Positions 1 to 10,000 of a stretch of DNA of 64,000 bases are shown here, piece after piece. Below the pieces are notes generated by a model. It worked only from the letters and a program-made list of their open reading frames with translations, was not told the origin of the DNA and made no database searches. Origin of the DNA: an uncultured Bacilli bacterium (GTDB lineage Bacteria; Bacillota_I; Bacilli_A; RF39; UBA660); NCBI GenBank assembly GCA_947626095.1, contig CANQQV010000002.1, forward strand, positions 97,092 through 161,091, read 5' to 3'. The position numbers were made by a program, and so were the translations under genes. Position 1 is the first letter of the stretch. Each line of letters begins with the position of its first letter.

Positions 1-612
1 AATACCAGTACTTTTAGCAGTGTTTTCTAAGACAAAATCGTGATAATATTCTTTATTTTTTTCTCTTTTTTCCTCAATTAAACCAAGTGATGAATGAACA
101 ACTTTTAAGGAAGGAAATTTTTCTTTAAATAAATTTGGTAAAACTAACATACGATCATAGTTAGAACTTAAGATAACCATTTGATGAATTGGATTATCTT
201 TTAGTATTTGATTCAAATCAGTAAAATAGGTAGCAGGTTCATTGTTATAATGATATTCTTTTTGATTAATAAATCTTTTTTCTAAAGAATTTAAGATTAA
301 AGTTAAGTTATGGGTTTCACAATAATCATAAATTCCTTTAATTTCTTTTGGTGGAATTGGCTTGGAATAAATAGTTTCCTGAGTACGATAGTTGTATACT
401 TCAGCGCCATTAGAACTAATGATGTAATCACTTAGATTTGCTTCTTTACTTTTTAAAATACCATATTGAGCACTACGGCCTGTATTAACAACTACTTTGA
501 TTCCTTTGTCCTTTAACTTAGTCATTACTTCTTTAGTATAGTTAGATACTGGACTATTAGATTTATTTAATGTATCATCGATGTCAACAAAGACTATATC
601 ATATTTCTTCAT
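1..612 (-). CDS. Cof-type HAD-IIB hydrolase (runs off the window start)
   Basis: Not in the ORF track. Manual translation from ATG at 612 gives MKKYDIVFVDIDDTL (HAD motif I DxD), then NTGR and SSNGA motifs. Confidence 0.85.
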   Translation of the reverse strand, partial: MKKYDIVFVDIDDTLNKSNSPVSNYTKEVMTKLKDKGIKVVVNTGRSAQYGILKSKEANLSDYIISSNGAEVYNYRTQETIYSKPIPPKEIKGIYDYCETHNLTLILNSLEKRFINQKEYHYNNEPATYFTDLNQILKDNPIHQMVILSSNYDRMLVLPNLFKEKFPSLKVVHSSLGLIEEKREKNKEYYHDFVLENTAKSTGI

Positions 613-713
613 AAATTAACCACCATGTCTTACATATATTATTATGCCATAATATGTAAATGTATGTATATATTATGTTAAATATTTGACGTAAAGAAAA
701 AGATATAATTTAG

Positions 714-3233
714 TTATATCTTTCTTTTGTTTTCAATAAAAGTAACAATTCCTAGAGAAATAAAGCCGATTATTGATAAGCCAAGAGCCAACTCTTTTAA
801 TGGAGCCTTATATTCAATAGTAATATGGTGATGACCTTTATTGATTTTAAAGCCGGTAAAGGTTTCATTTACTTTTTCAATTTTTACTTTTTGATTATCG
901 ACTTTGATATTAAAGCCAATATCGTATGGAACACTCATGGTAAAGTAACCATTTTCACTGACGTCAATATCACCATTAATATAGTCTCCTTTAGTGTTTT
1001 TTTTATCAATAACTAAAGGATTAACTTTAGTAGATATTTTTTCAAGATTAGCATAATCTAAATAGAATAATTCAAAATCAGAAATATTATAAGTTCCTTC
1101 AGAAAAATAAATATTTAAATTTTCTTGATTATCAGAAGCTAAGATATAGTCAAAGGTTGTATTGCCATTATAGTATTTCCATTTTTTATTGGTTAATTTA
1201 TTTTTTACACGATTAATGGTAATGGCTAAATCTTTTTCCTCATCGCCCCTATTCATTTTAAAACGAATAAATAGGATCTTATTTTTATATTCTTCTGGTA
1301 ATTCATATTTTAACTTTAAGTTATCATCCGATTTAATAGTATATGAACCATCTTTTTCTTTAGTAATTTTTTTATTAGTAAATATTTGATCTAAATCTAA
1401 TTCCATAGGATGAACGTTGGAAATATAGTCATTAGATGTTTTAGCATCAGCAACGATAACATTTAATAAAGCTTCTTGTTTTTCTTCATCACTTAGTTTA
1501 TTAAAATCATCGTAACTCATAATATTGGAAGTAGCATAAGCAAATGGTAAGACTTGTTCATTTTTATAAACATAAATACCATCTTTTTCATTAATTTTTT
1601 CGTAACCGACTAAACCTGGACCATCAGATACATAGTATTTATTACCACTAAACATTAAATATAAAACATTTGGAGAAGTAACAGTTAAAGCACGATTACG
1701 TGAAGGAATGTTATTCATAGCTACATCATAGTAAAAACTATTATATTGTTGATTAGAGATAGATGAATAAATCGTCGAATTATAGTAATTAATATTATCA
1801 TAGATTTTATTAGGTGTTTCAGTACGAATAATATTATTTGCGATACGATACATATCTTGGTCTTCGTTGGTTATGGTACCAATTAAGTTTTTAACAATTT
1901 TTTCATTATGTCTTGTTGTATAACGTAGTTCTAAAGTATCATAATGGTTGTAAATATAACAAGTTGTAAATAGAAGTAGAAATAATGGTAAAGTAAGAAT
2001 TATTTTTTTATTGAATTTATGATAAAGAAGAACTAAAACTAATAAGATGATAATTTGAGAAAAATAAGCAACTAGATATGATTTCTTAATAAGAATGATT
2101 ATAGAAATAATAATTAAGACGGGAATAATGTGATGATATTTAACTTTCTTATTTATTATATCGTTAATAAAGTCAGCTAAGACTAAAATGTATAATGGTA
2201 AGAAAGGAATTAAAGACTTAGCATCAGTATACATTGTACCATTTAAAAGATAATTAAAAAGATTAAAAAGAACTAATAAAGATAAAATTAAAGCCAGAAT
2301 CTTTTTATTACGATCTTTAGTAAATAAATTAATAAGCGCAGGAATAATTAGCGCAGTTAAACCTAGACCATATGAATTAAAGATAAGATTTTTTAAAGAA
2401 AGACTAGGTAAAAATAATTTACCAAGTGTAATATTAGTATTTGAAGCAGCACGATTATGAATAATTGTTGCCATAGTTGGAACAGTAATAATTGCTGACA
2501 TGAAAATAGCGATAATAATTGGGCCTAAAACTTTAAAGAAAGTTTTAAGGAATGTTTTAAAGGTAACTTTTTTCATTTGTTTTAAATAACGATAAAAGCC
2601 ATAAATTAGTAAACAGACAATACCACCAACACTAAAGTAATAGCTAGTCATTATCATTAAAAAGGTCGAAATAGTAAGTAACCAACTACGCTTTTTATCA
2701 AAGATTTGATCAATACCAAATAAACCTAAGATAAGAAATGGCATATAGTTGATAAACATAATATGACGATGTGATTGGAAGGATATCGAAGATGAGAAAA
2801 TAAAAGCTAAACTGGCGATAAAGCAGACTTCACTACTATAGTTTTTCTTTTTTAAAAATAAATAAATTAGATTAGCACTAATAATAACAATAATAATAGT
2901 AGATATCATAATATATTTGATCATAGATAATTTAGGAAATAAATATGATACTAGGATGATAGGACTTAATAAACCATAATATGAGAAGTTATAGATATTT
3001 TGGCCACTACCGATATTTAACGCTAAATCAGGGAATAGATCATGAGTATCATAGAATAAAGTTCTTATATATTCGGCAATTGAAACATGCTCAGAATACC
3101 AATCTAAAGTAGAACCATAGTAACATGTTTTACCACAAAGAGCTAAGACAAAAACAATAAAAGAGATAGATATAATAGCCATGTAAATAAAATCTTTGGT
3201 GGTTAGTTTTTTGGCTTTAGTTTTCTTTTTCAT
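714..3233 (-). CDS. YfhO-family multi-pass membrane protein (GT-C type glycosyltransferase)
   Basis: GQNIYNFSYYGLLSP motif, many TM segments, C-terminal SVPYDIGF...VD; 839 aa. Confidence 0.85.
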   Translation of the reverse strand: MKKKTKAKKLTTKDFIYMAIISISFIVFVLALCGKTCYYGSTLDWYSEHVSIAEYIRTLFYDTHDLFPDLALNIGSGQNIYNFSYYGLLSPIILVSYLFPKLSMIKYIMISTIIIVIISANLIYLFLKKKNYSSEVCFIASLAFIFSSSISFQSHRHIMFINYMPFLILGLFGIDQIFDKKRSWLLTISTFLMIMTSYYFSVGGIVCLLIYGFYRYLKQMKKVTFKTFLKTFFKVLGPIIIAIFMSAIITVPTMATIIHNRAASNTNITLGKLFLPSLSLKNLIFNSYGLGLTALIIPALINLFTKDRNKKILALILSLLVLFNLFNYLLNGTMYTDAKSLIPFLPLYILVLADFINDIINKKVKYHHIIPVLIIISIIILIKKSYLVAYFSQIIILLVLVLLYHKFNKKIILTLPLFLLLFTTCYIYNHYDTLELRYTTRHNEKIVKNLIGTITNEDQDMYRIANNIIRTETPNKIYDNINYYNSTIYSSISNQQYNSFYYDVAMNNIPSRNRALTVTSPNVLYLMFSGNKYYVSDGPGLVGYEKINEKDGIYVYKNEQVLPFAYATSNIMSYDDFNKLSDEEKQEALLNVIVADAKTSNDYISNVHPMELDLDQIFTNKKITKEKDGSYTIKSDDNLKLKYELPEEYKNKILFIRFKMNRGDEEKDLAITINRVKNKLTNKKWKYYNGNTTFDYILASDNQENLNIYFSEGTYNISDFELFYLDYANLEKISTKVNPLVIDKKNTKGDYINGDIDVSENGYFTMSVPYDIGFNIKVDNQKVKIEKVNETFTGFKINKGHHHITIEYKAPLKELALGLSIIGFISLGIVTFIENKRKI

Positions 3234-4561
3234 TATGATTCACTCCATTCGCTATATTTTACCCAATTTTCATATGGTAACATGTGTCCCCAGACATCGT
3301 TTATCATATATTGACTAACATATATTTCATCAACTATTTTTTGCTTTTTCTTTAAATTTTTACTACTTACGCGTTTTAATTCTTTTTGATGTTTTTTGAT
3401 GTCTTTTTTATTTAGATAATAGTGACCAAAATAGTATAATTTGTCTTTATCTTCGACTAAGTTAGTCATCATTGTACTGGTCATTTTATGATGAATATGA
3501 CCATATTCACCATCAGGATTATGCGTAATAATAGTATCCCAATCTTTTAAAGAGATTATACTTTGTAAGTCGTTTTGAATATATTCACGCGAAGAATCCC
3601 AGTTATCTTTTTGACCATTAGTTAAATCAGGATAACCTAACATAATATATTGATCGTTAGTTTCTTTCATAGTACGTTCAAATTCTTTAACACGAACTGG
3701 ATTAACACCACAAGTTACACAAACAACTAAATAATTATCATTCATTAAATGAGAACCACCCCAAATAAGTTCATCATCGGGATGAGCAACGACCATTAAT
3801 TTATTAGTTTTACTTAAGTCTAATTTGGAATAATCATCAGGGACATGAAAACTAGGTTTGCCCCAATCATAATATGAAACCCAATCTTCATAAGGAAACA
3901 TTTGATCAAAGTAAGTTTGGATAAATGATTGACTTGGATAATAACTAATTAGTTTTTTCTTTTGACTTAGAAGACTATCATTTATAGGAGTCATTTCATT
4001 AAGATGATTAACAATATTGTTTTTACTATAATAATGACCAAAATAATATAATTTCTTTTTATCAGGAACAATACTAGTAGTAATTTGGCTAGTCATTTGA
4101 TGGTGAATATGACCATATTCGCCATCGGGATTATGCGTAACAATTGTCTGCCAATCTTTTAATTTAATAATAGCATCTAAATCTTTAGTTATATCATCTT
4201 TAACGGTATCCCAATTATCACGTTCACCATTAGTTTTATCAGGATAACCTAACATAATATATTTATCGTTAGTCGAATGCATGATATGATTAAATTCGTT
4301 AACACGAGTTTTATTAGAACCACAAGTTATACAGACAACTAAATAATTATCTTTAATTAAGTGAGCTCCACCCCAAAGAGTCTCATCATCGGGATGAGCT
4401 ACAATCATTAAATTATCAATGTCTTTTAAATCTATTTTCGTAAAGTCTTTATCTATTTTATATAAATTATGAAAATATAAATATATTCCCCCATTAATAA
4501 TAATTAGACAAATTAATAAGATTATTAATAAAATGTAATATTTTTTGATGAATTTTTTCAT
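3233..4561 (-). CDS. Membrane-anchored PIG-L/LmbE-family deacetylase with two tandem domains
   Basis: N-terminal TM, then two copies of VAHPDDE...THNPDGEYGHIHH. ATG at 4561 preferred over the track start at 4597. Confidence 0.85.
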   Translation of the reverse strand: MKKFIKKYYILLIILLICLIIINGGIYLYFHNLYKIDKDFTKIDLKDIDNLMIVAHPDDETLWGGAHLIKDNYLVVCITCGSNKTRVNEFNHIMHSTNDKYIMLGYPDKTNGERDNWDTVKDDITKDLDAIIKLKDWQTIVTHNPDGEYGHIHHQMTSQITTSIVPDKKKLYYFGHYYSKNNIVNHLNEMTPINDSLLSQKKKLISYYPSQSFIQTYFDQMFPYEDWVSYYDWGKPSFHVPDDYSKLDLSKTNKLMVVAHPDDELIWGGSHLMNDNYLVVCVTCGVNPVRVKEFERTMKETNDQYIMLGYPDLTNGQKDNWDSSREYIQNDLQSIISLKDWDTIITHNPDGEYGHIHHKMTSTMMTNLVEDKDKLYYFGHYYLNKKDIKKHQKELKRVSSKNLKKKQKIVDEIYVSQYMINDVWGHMLPYENWVKYSEWSES

Positions 4562-4759
4562 ACTCTTGCCTTCTTGTATACATATAAATTCTTGCACTCA
4601 AGTCAAATAATACTCTTTATAAAATAAATTGTCAATTACTACTTCAAAACAGGGACTTTTGACATAAATATGTTAATATTTTATACCCTATTTTAATAAA
4701 TTAATATTAATATTGATAATTTTTGTGTATAATATGGTCAAAGAAAAGGAGTTGATATT

Positions 4760-6109
4760 ATGAAAGCAGAAAGTTTAGAAGAAACTTTAAGAAAATTATT
4801 AGAAGAAAAGGATTATGCGAAGATTAAAAATCTTTTAAGTGATGAAAATGAATATGATATCGCTTCTTTAATAGAAGATTTACCTAGTGATGAGTTAATT
4901 AGGGTTTTTAGATTATTAAATAAAGATTTAGCTGTTGATGTTTTTGTTAATTTGGATGATGAAGTACAAAAAGAATTAATTGCTTCTTTAACAAAGAAAG
5001 AGTCTAAAGAGATTATTGAGAATATGTTTACTGATGATGCGGCGGACTTATTTGATGAAATGCCAGCAATGCTAGTTACTTCTCTTTTAAGTAATGTCGA
5101 TAAAGAAACAAGAAATGATATTAATAAATTACTTAAATATCCAGATAATAGTGCTGGTTCTTTAATGGCTATTGAATATATTCATTTGAAGAAGGGATTA
5201 ACAATTAAAGAATCAATTGCGCGAATTAGAAAACAAGCCGAAGATTTTGTATCATATGATTCTTGTTTTGTAACTGATGATAAACGTAAATTACTTGGTA
5301 AGGTATCAGTTAAAGATTTACTTGTTAATGATCCAGAAACTTTAATTGATGATGTTATGGAAGAATGTGAACATAAAATTAGTACTTTAATGGATCAAGA
5401 AGAAGTTGTTAGTATTTTCCAAGATTATGACTATAGTACTTTACCGGTTGTTGATTTAGAAGATCGATTAGTAGGAATTATTACCATTGATGATGTTGTT
5501 GATATTATGGAAGAAGAAGCAACAGAAGATATGGAGAAAATGGCAGCTATTGTACCAACAGAAAAATCTTATGATAAAACAAGTATATGGGAAACTTTTA
5601 AAGCGAGAATACCTTGGTTATTACTTTTGATGATATCAGCCACATTTACAGGTAAAATAATTCAAAACTTTGAAGCCCAGTTAGCAACTTGTGCAATATT
5701 AACCGCTTTTATTCCAATGCTAATGGATACAGGTGGTAATGCTGGTGGTCAAGCAAGTGTTAGTATTATAAGAGCTTTATCATTAAATGATATTGAGTTT
5801 AAAGATATTTTAAAAGTTGTGCTTAAAGAATCAGGCGTGGCAATATTATGTGCAATAGTTTTAGGAATATGTAATTTTGTTAAAATATTATTAATTGATA
5901 AAGTAACAATACCTATTGCGGCTTGTGTTTGTATTACCTTAGTTATTACGGTAATTATTGCGAAGATAATTGGTTGTACTCTACCAATGTTTGCCAAGAA
6001 AATTGGTTTTGATCCAGCAGTTATGGCTAGTCCATTTATTACAACTTTAGTTGATGCTTGTTCCCTACTCGTTTATTTTAAAGTAGCAACATTAATTTTA
6101 GGAATTTAA
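4760..6109 (+). CDS. mgtE: Magnesium transporter MgtE
   Basis: MgtE N-domain, CBS pair (LPVVD...GIITIDD), PMLMDTGGNAGGQ, DPAVMASPFITTLVD. Confidence 0.95.
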   Translation: MKAESLEETLRKLLEEKDYAKIKNLLSDENEYDIASLIEDLPSDELIRVFRLLNKDLAVDVFVNLDDEVQKELIASLTKKESKEIIENMFTDDAADLFDEMPAMLVTSLLSNVDKETRNDINKLLKYPDNSAGSLMAIEYIHLKKGLTIKESIARIRKQAEDFVSYDSCFVTDDKRKLLGKVSVKDLLVNDPETLIDDVMEECEHKISTLMDQEEVVSIFQDYDYSTLPVVDLEDRLVGIITIDDVVDIMEEEATEDMEKMAAIVPTEKSYDKTSIWETFKARIPWLLLLMISATFTGKIIQNFEAQLATCAILTAFIPMLMDTGGNAGGQASVSIIRALSLNDIEFKDILKVVLKESGVAILCAIVLGICNFVKILLIDKVTIPIAACVCITLVITVIIAKIIGCTLPMFAKKIGFDPAVMASPFITTLVDACSLLVYFKVATLILGI

Positions 6110-6135
6110 AAAAGGCATTTTATAAATGTCTTTTT
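6108..6135. terminator. Bidirectional intrinsic terminator
   Basis: AAAAAGGCATTT-TAT-AAATGTCTTTTT hairpin between convergent genes. Confidence 0.7.
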
Positions 6136-7098
6136 CTATGGATAAATAATTATCTTTTCATTACATAATGAGCTTTCATTTATATCTAAAGGATGATTAG
6201 CTAAAGGACTAGTATTAACTAGGACTTGTTTAGATTTAATCTCTTTAATAAAAGTATGAGCATGATCTTTATCATCCGTAAAGATAGCTGTACTATATAA
6301 GGAACCATTATTATTTATCATATAAATAGCTTCATCAAGATTATTAACAGGAATAGCATCGGCTAAATCAAGATTAAGATCTTCTTGATAATAGATAGTT
6401 ATATGGGGATTTAACTTAATAAATTCTTGGATAAAAGCAATGTTCTTTAAAGATTCAATATATAAATCAAAGTTGGCATAACCACTAGTTATTACTTTAT
6501 TATGAGTTTGTTTTAACACATTGTTTTGTAATTCACGATTACCAATACCAATGACTAAATCATAGCTAGTATAATATTTTAATACTTGATAAATATCATC
6601 AGCAATATAACTATTGATTTGATTAGCATCTAGTTTATTATGATTTAACACTTGTTTAATAAGTTCAATTAGATAGTTATTAGTACCATACATATAACCA
6701 TTGTAACTAATAATTAAGGAATTATTAACTAAAAGATTACGAATGATTAACTCTAATAAAGTATAAGGATTACCATCAAAGATAAGGCAGATGGTACCAA
6801 GACTTTCGATTTCTTTACCATAGTAATATTTTTTTTCATCATTTTTTAAATTATCTATTACTTTACCATAGGTTAAATCTTCTTTTAAACAATTATCAAT
6901 AATATTGTCAAAGACAGATAATTCAACTTTAAAGCCATTATTATTTTTAAGATCTATTTTGTTAGCTTCTTCTAAAACAGCAAATGTTTTATCGATTGTT
7001 TCTTTTATTTCATTTAAAATGTCTTTAATATTCAGATGATTGTCTTTAGTGGCATTTTGCGTTTGTAAGATAATACTTTCGATATTATTTTGCTCCAT
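6136..7098 (-). CDS. Degenerate aldehyde dehydrogenase/ProA-like protein
   Basis: LGTICLIFDGNP, DLVIGIG, AIYMINNNGS..STAIFT and VLVNTS resemble ProA; shortened (320 aa) with no obvious catalytic Cys motif. Confidence 0.6.
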   Translation of the reverse strand: MEQNNIESIILQTQNATKDNHLNIKDILNEIKETIDKTFAVLEEANKIDLKNNNGFKVELSVFDNIIDNCLKEDLTYGKVIDNLKNDEKKYYYGKEIESLGTICLIFDGNPYTLLELIIRNLLVNNSLIISYNGYMYGTNNYLIELIKQVLNHNKLDANQINSYIADDIYQVLKYYTSYDLVIGIGNRELQNNVLKQTHNKVITSGYANFDLYIESLKNIAFIQEFIKLNPHITIYYQEDLNLDLADAIPVNNLDEAIYMINNNGSLYSTAIFTDDKDHAHTFIKEIKSKQVLVNTSPLANHPLDINESSLCNEKIIIYP

Positions 7099-10000
7099 GA
7101 GAAATACCCCTTTCTTTAGTAAAATCAGTATTTAGCGAATCTATATCATTATATAAAGAAGTAACGTCGGTTAACATTCTTGATGTATCTATTTTTTTGC
7201 CTTTATTTAGTAATTGTAAGAAAGCTAATTTCATTTGGAGATATACTTCTTTAGAAACATCTTTAACTTCATTACTTAAATTTACTTGAGTATTAGCTAA
7301 TAAATCTAAGATATTAATATTGGTTGGAGTTTCTTCATAAATAATGGCAAAGTTCGGAGTGATAATTAATCTTAAGCCTTCTTCGCGAACTCCATAATTA
7401 TAAGCTAGTTCGCTAAAGGCGTTTTCTTCATCTTCAATATTACAATTTAATTGATAATTTTCGCGTTTAGATGAAGCTATCTCAAGATGTTTTAAAGTTT
7501 TGATAGCAGTATAATCGATATTGTCTTTATTATATTCTTCATATTCATCATAGTGAATACTTAGAGTTTCAGAATCAGTTGGTTTTATATGACCTTCTTT
7601 TTCGGATAGAATATATTGCATACGAGAATCAGTTAAATATAGTTCTTTCTTTAATGGAACAGGTGCTTCATACTTAGGTGGTAATTTTGGTTGAGCTTGA
7701 TCTTTGATAGCATTTTTATTAATAGCAGTTGCTATATCATTATGACCTAAACCAACGGTTATTTTGGAAAGTTTTAAACTATTATATTGTTCTTCCGTTA
7801 TTTTACCCTCTTCTAGTAATTGGCGATAAACTTGTTCATCAGCGGCGATTAATTCTTCAGCAGCTTTAACATAGATATCAAAAATAATTTGCGCAAATTG
7901 TTCTTTTGTTAAATGTTTTTCTTGAATAGCACGTTCGAAAGCTTTGTCAGGAACTTCGATGTTATCAAAACATAATAAGTTTTGATTACGCCATACCCAG
8001 CTTTGAGCTGCGATTTTACCATGTTCATCTCTAATAACAAATAAACGGCCATGTTTACTTGTCATACTATGTTCCATATCTAGTTCAGCCCAGTTATCAA
8101 TTTCTTGACAGCAATCAGATAAAGTACCAGCAGCTATTGGGAAGGCATCCATTAAACGAGGTATTTCATAAGTATATTCATCTTTGCTTGATGATATTCT
8201 TGGAATACTTGAGAAAGTTCTTAATTTACCATAATTAAAGATTTGTTGAAGAATATCAAATTCTGCTTGAGAATAACCAGCAATTGCTGAGACACGAGAT
8301 AAATCTTCATTACCAGTTTCAACATTAGAATATTTATTACTTTGAACATAATCAACAGCTAGTTTTAAAGTTAGGACACGATTACTATTATCGATTTTAA
8401 TACGATCAAATTGTTTTTGAATAGCAGCAACATAAGTCATATATTCGGGATTATCAAGAATTTCATCTAAATTTTTAAGTAAGAATTCACGAAAATCACG
8501 GTCATATTTTAATGTAAAACTACCAAATAAACTATGAGCTATTTGCGGTGTTATCATTCCTCTGACGTTATTGGCTTCCATGAAATTCCTAACCCATTTC
8601 GCCGTTTCAGGATATTGCTGTTCATTTAGAATTAAATGATATTGGTTATTTTCATTAGCTCTAAATATAAAAGGTAGGACTGGTTGATTTTCGGCGTTAC
8701 TAAAGCCTTCTTTTTGCATTACTTCACGAAGTTTTTTATACTCTGGTAAACCGATTAACATATTGTTTCTATTTTCTTCAGGATTAGTAAATGATTTGAG
8801 AATAGTTTCTTCCATTTGGAAAATAGTATTTTGGTCAGTTGAATTAAGATTACGAGGAAGATTACTAATTATTGATATTAATCTTTTTTCGGCTTGAGAA
8901 TCACCTTCAAAAATACCAAATGAGTAAGCTAGTTTAATTAAAGCATCGACACCTTCAGGAGTATTTCGATAGTTACCACTACGCATTAGTAGGGACCAAC
9001 TCTTACCATGAGCTAAGAACTTATCAGCATCAGCAAATGGTAAAGTTTCCATAACTACATAATCTGGGATAAATTTCTTACCTGTTTTTAAATACCATTT
9101 TTCTAATAAATCGAGTTTATTATGACTAATCATGTAATCAACATCTTTTGGCTTTTGTAAGCCTAATTTAAGGAATTGTTGTTCCCCACCAATATGATCA
9201 ATAAATTCAATAAGCTCTTTTTCGCGTATACGTGGAGTATTGTAATAGAATGGTAAAATACTTTTATTTTGTAAGAAAGGTAACCATTCAGGATGAGCTT
9301 TTAAAACAGTAAATGAAATTGAATAGTTAACATTTTTATAATAATATTTTTTTAAATCATCAGGGGCATTAGAAGCTAAGAACATATGAGGTATTTCTTG
9401 TTTAATAAATTGAGGGACATCTTCGTCATATGTTATTTGACCATTTTTAATAAGGTTTATAAGTTGATCTTTAATATTAAGGATTGTAGCTTGATCTAAA
9501 GTTTTAAGATCTTTAAGACTATCTAAAACTTTAGAATCTTCAGCAATATAGTTACCAAAGGTTGTAATCAATTGGTAAGCGATATCATCAGGAATAAAGT
9601 TTAAATAGTTATTAGTGATTCTTACACCTTTAAAAGCAAGAGAAAATTTAATATGCTGTAAATAAGTATAGTATTCAGGGTAATGATAAAAGTCACTGTA
9701 GTTTAAAGTTCTTGCATAGTATTTATCTTTTAATTCTTGAGGAGCATTAGATGAAAGGAAAATATCAGGATATTTTTGTTTAAATGATTCAGGGAAATCT
9801 TCCGCAAATGAGAAGGCATTGTTAACAATTACATTATATAATCCTTGTTCAATACTAGATTCGATTCCCTCTTTACTAGTATCTTTTAAGTCAACATTTA
9901 GTTTTTTAAATAAATTAATAACAGAAGAATATGGAAGTAAGAAATCTAAATAGGATTTTAAACCATAATTCTTAATATATATCTCTGTAAGATTGAAGTT

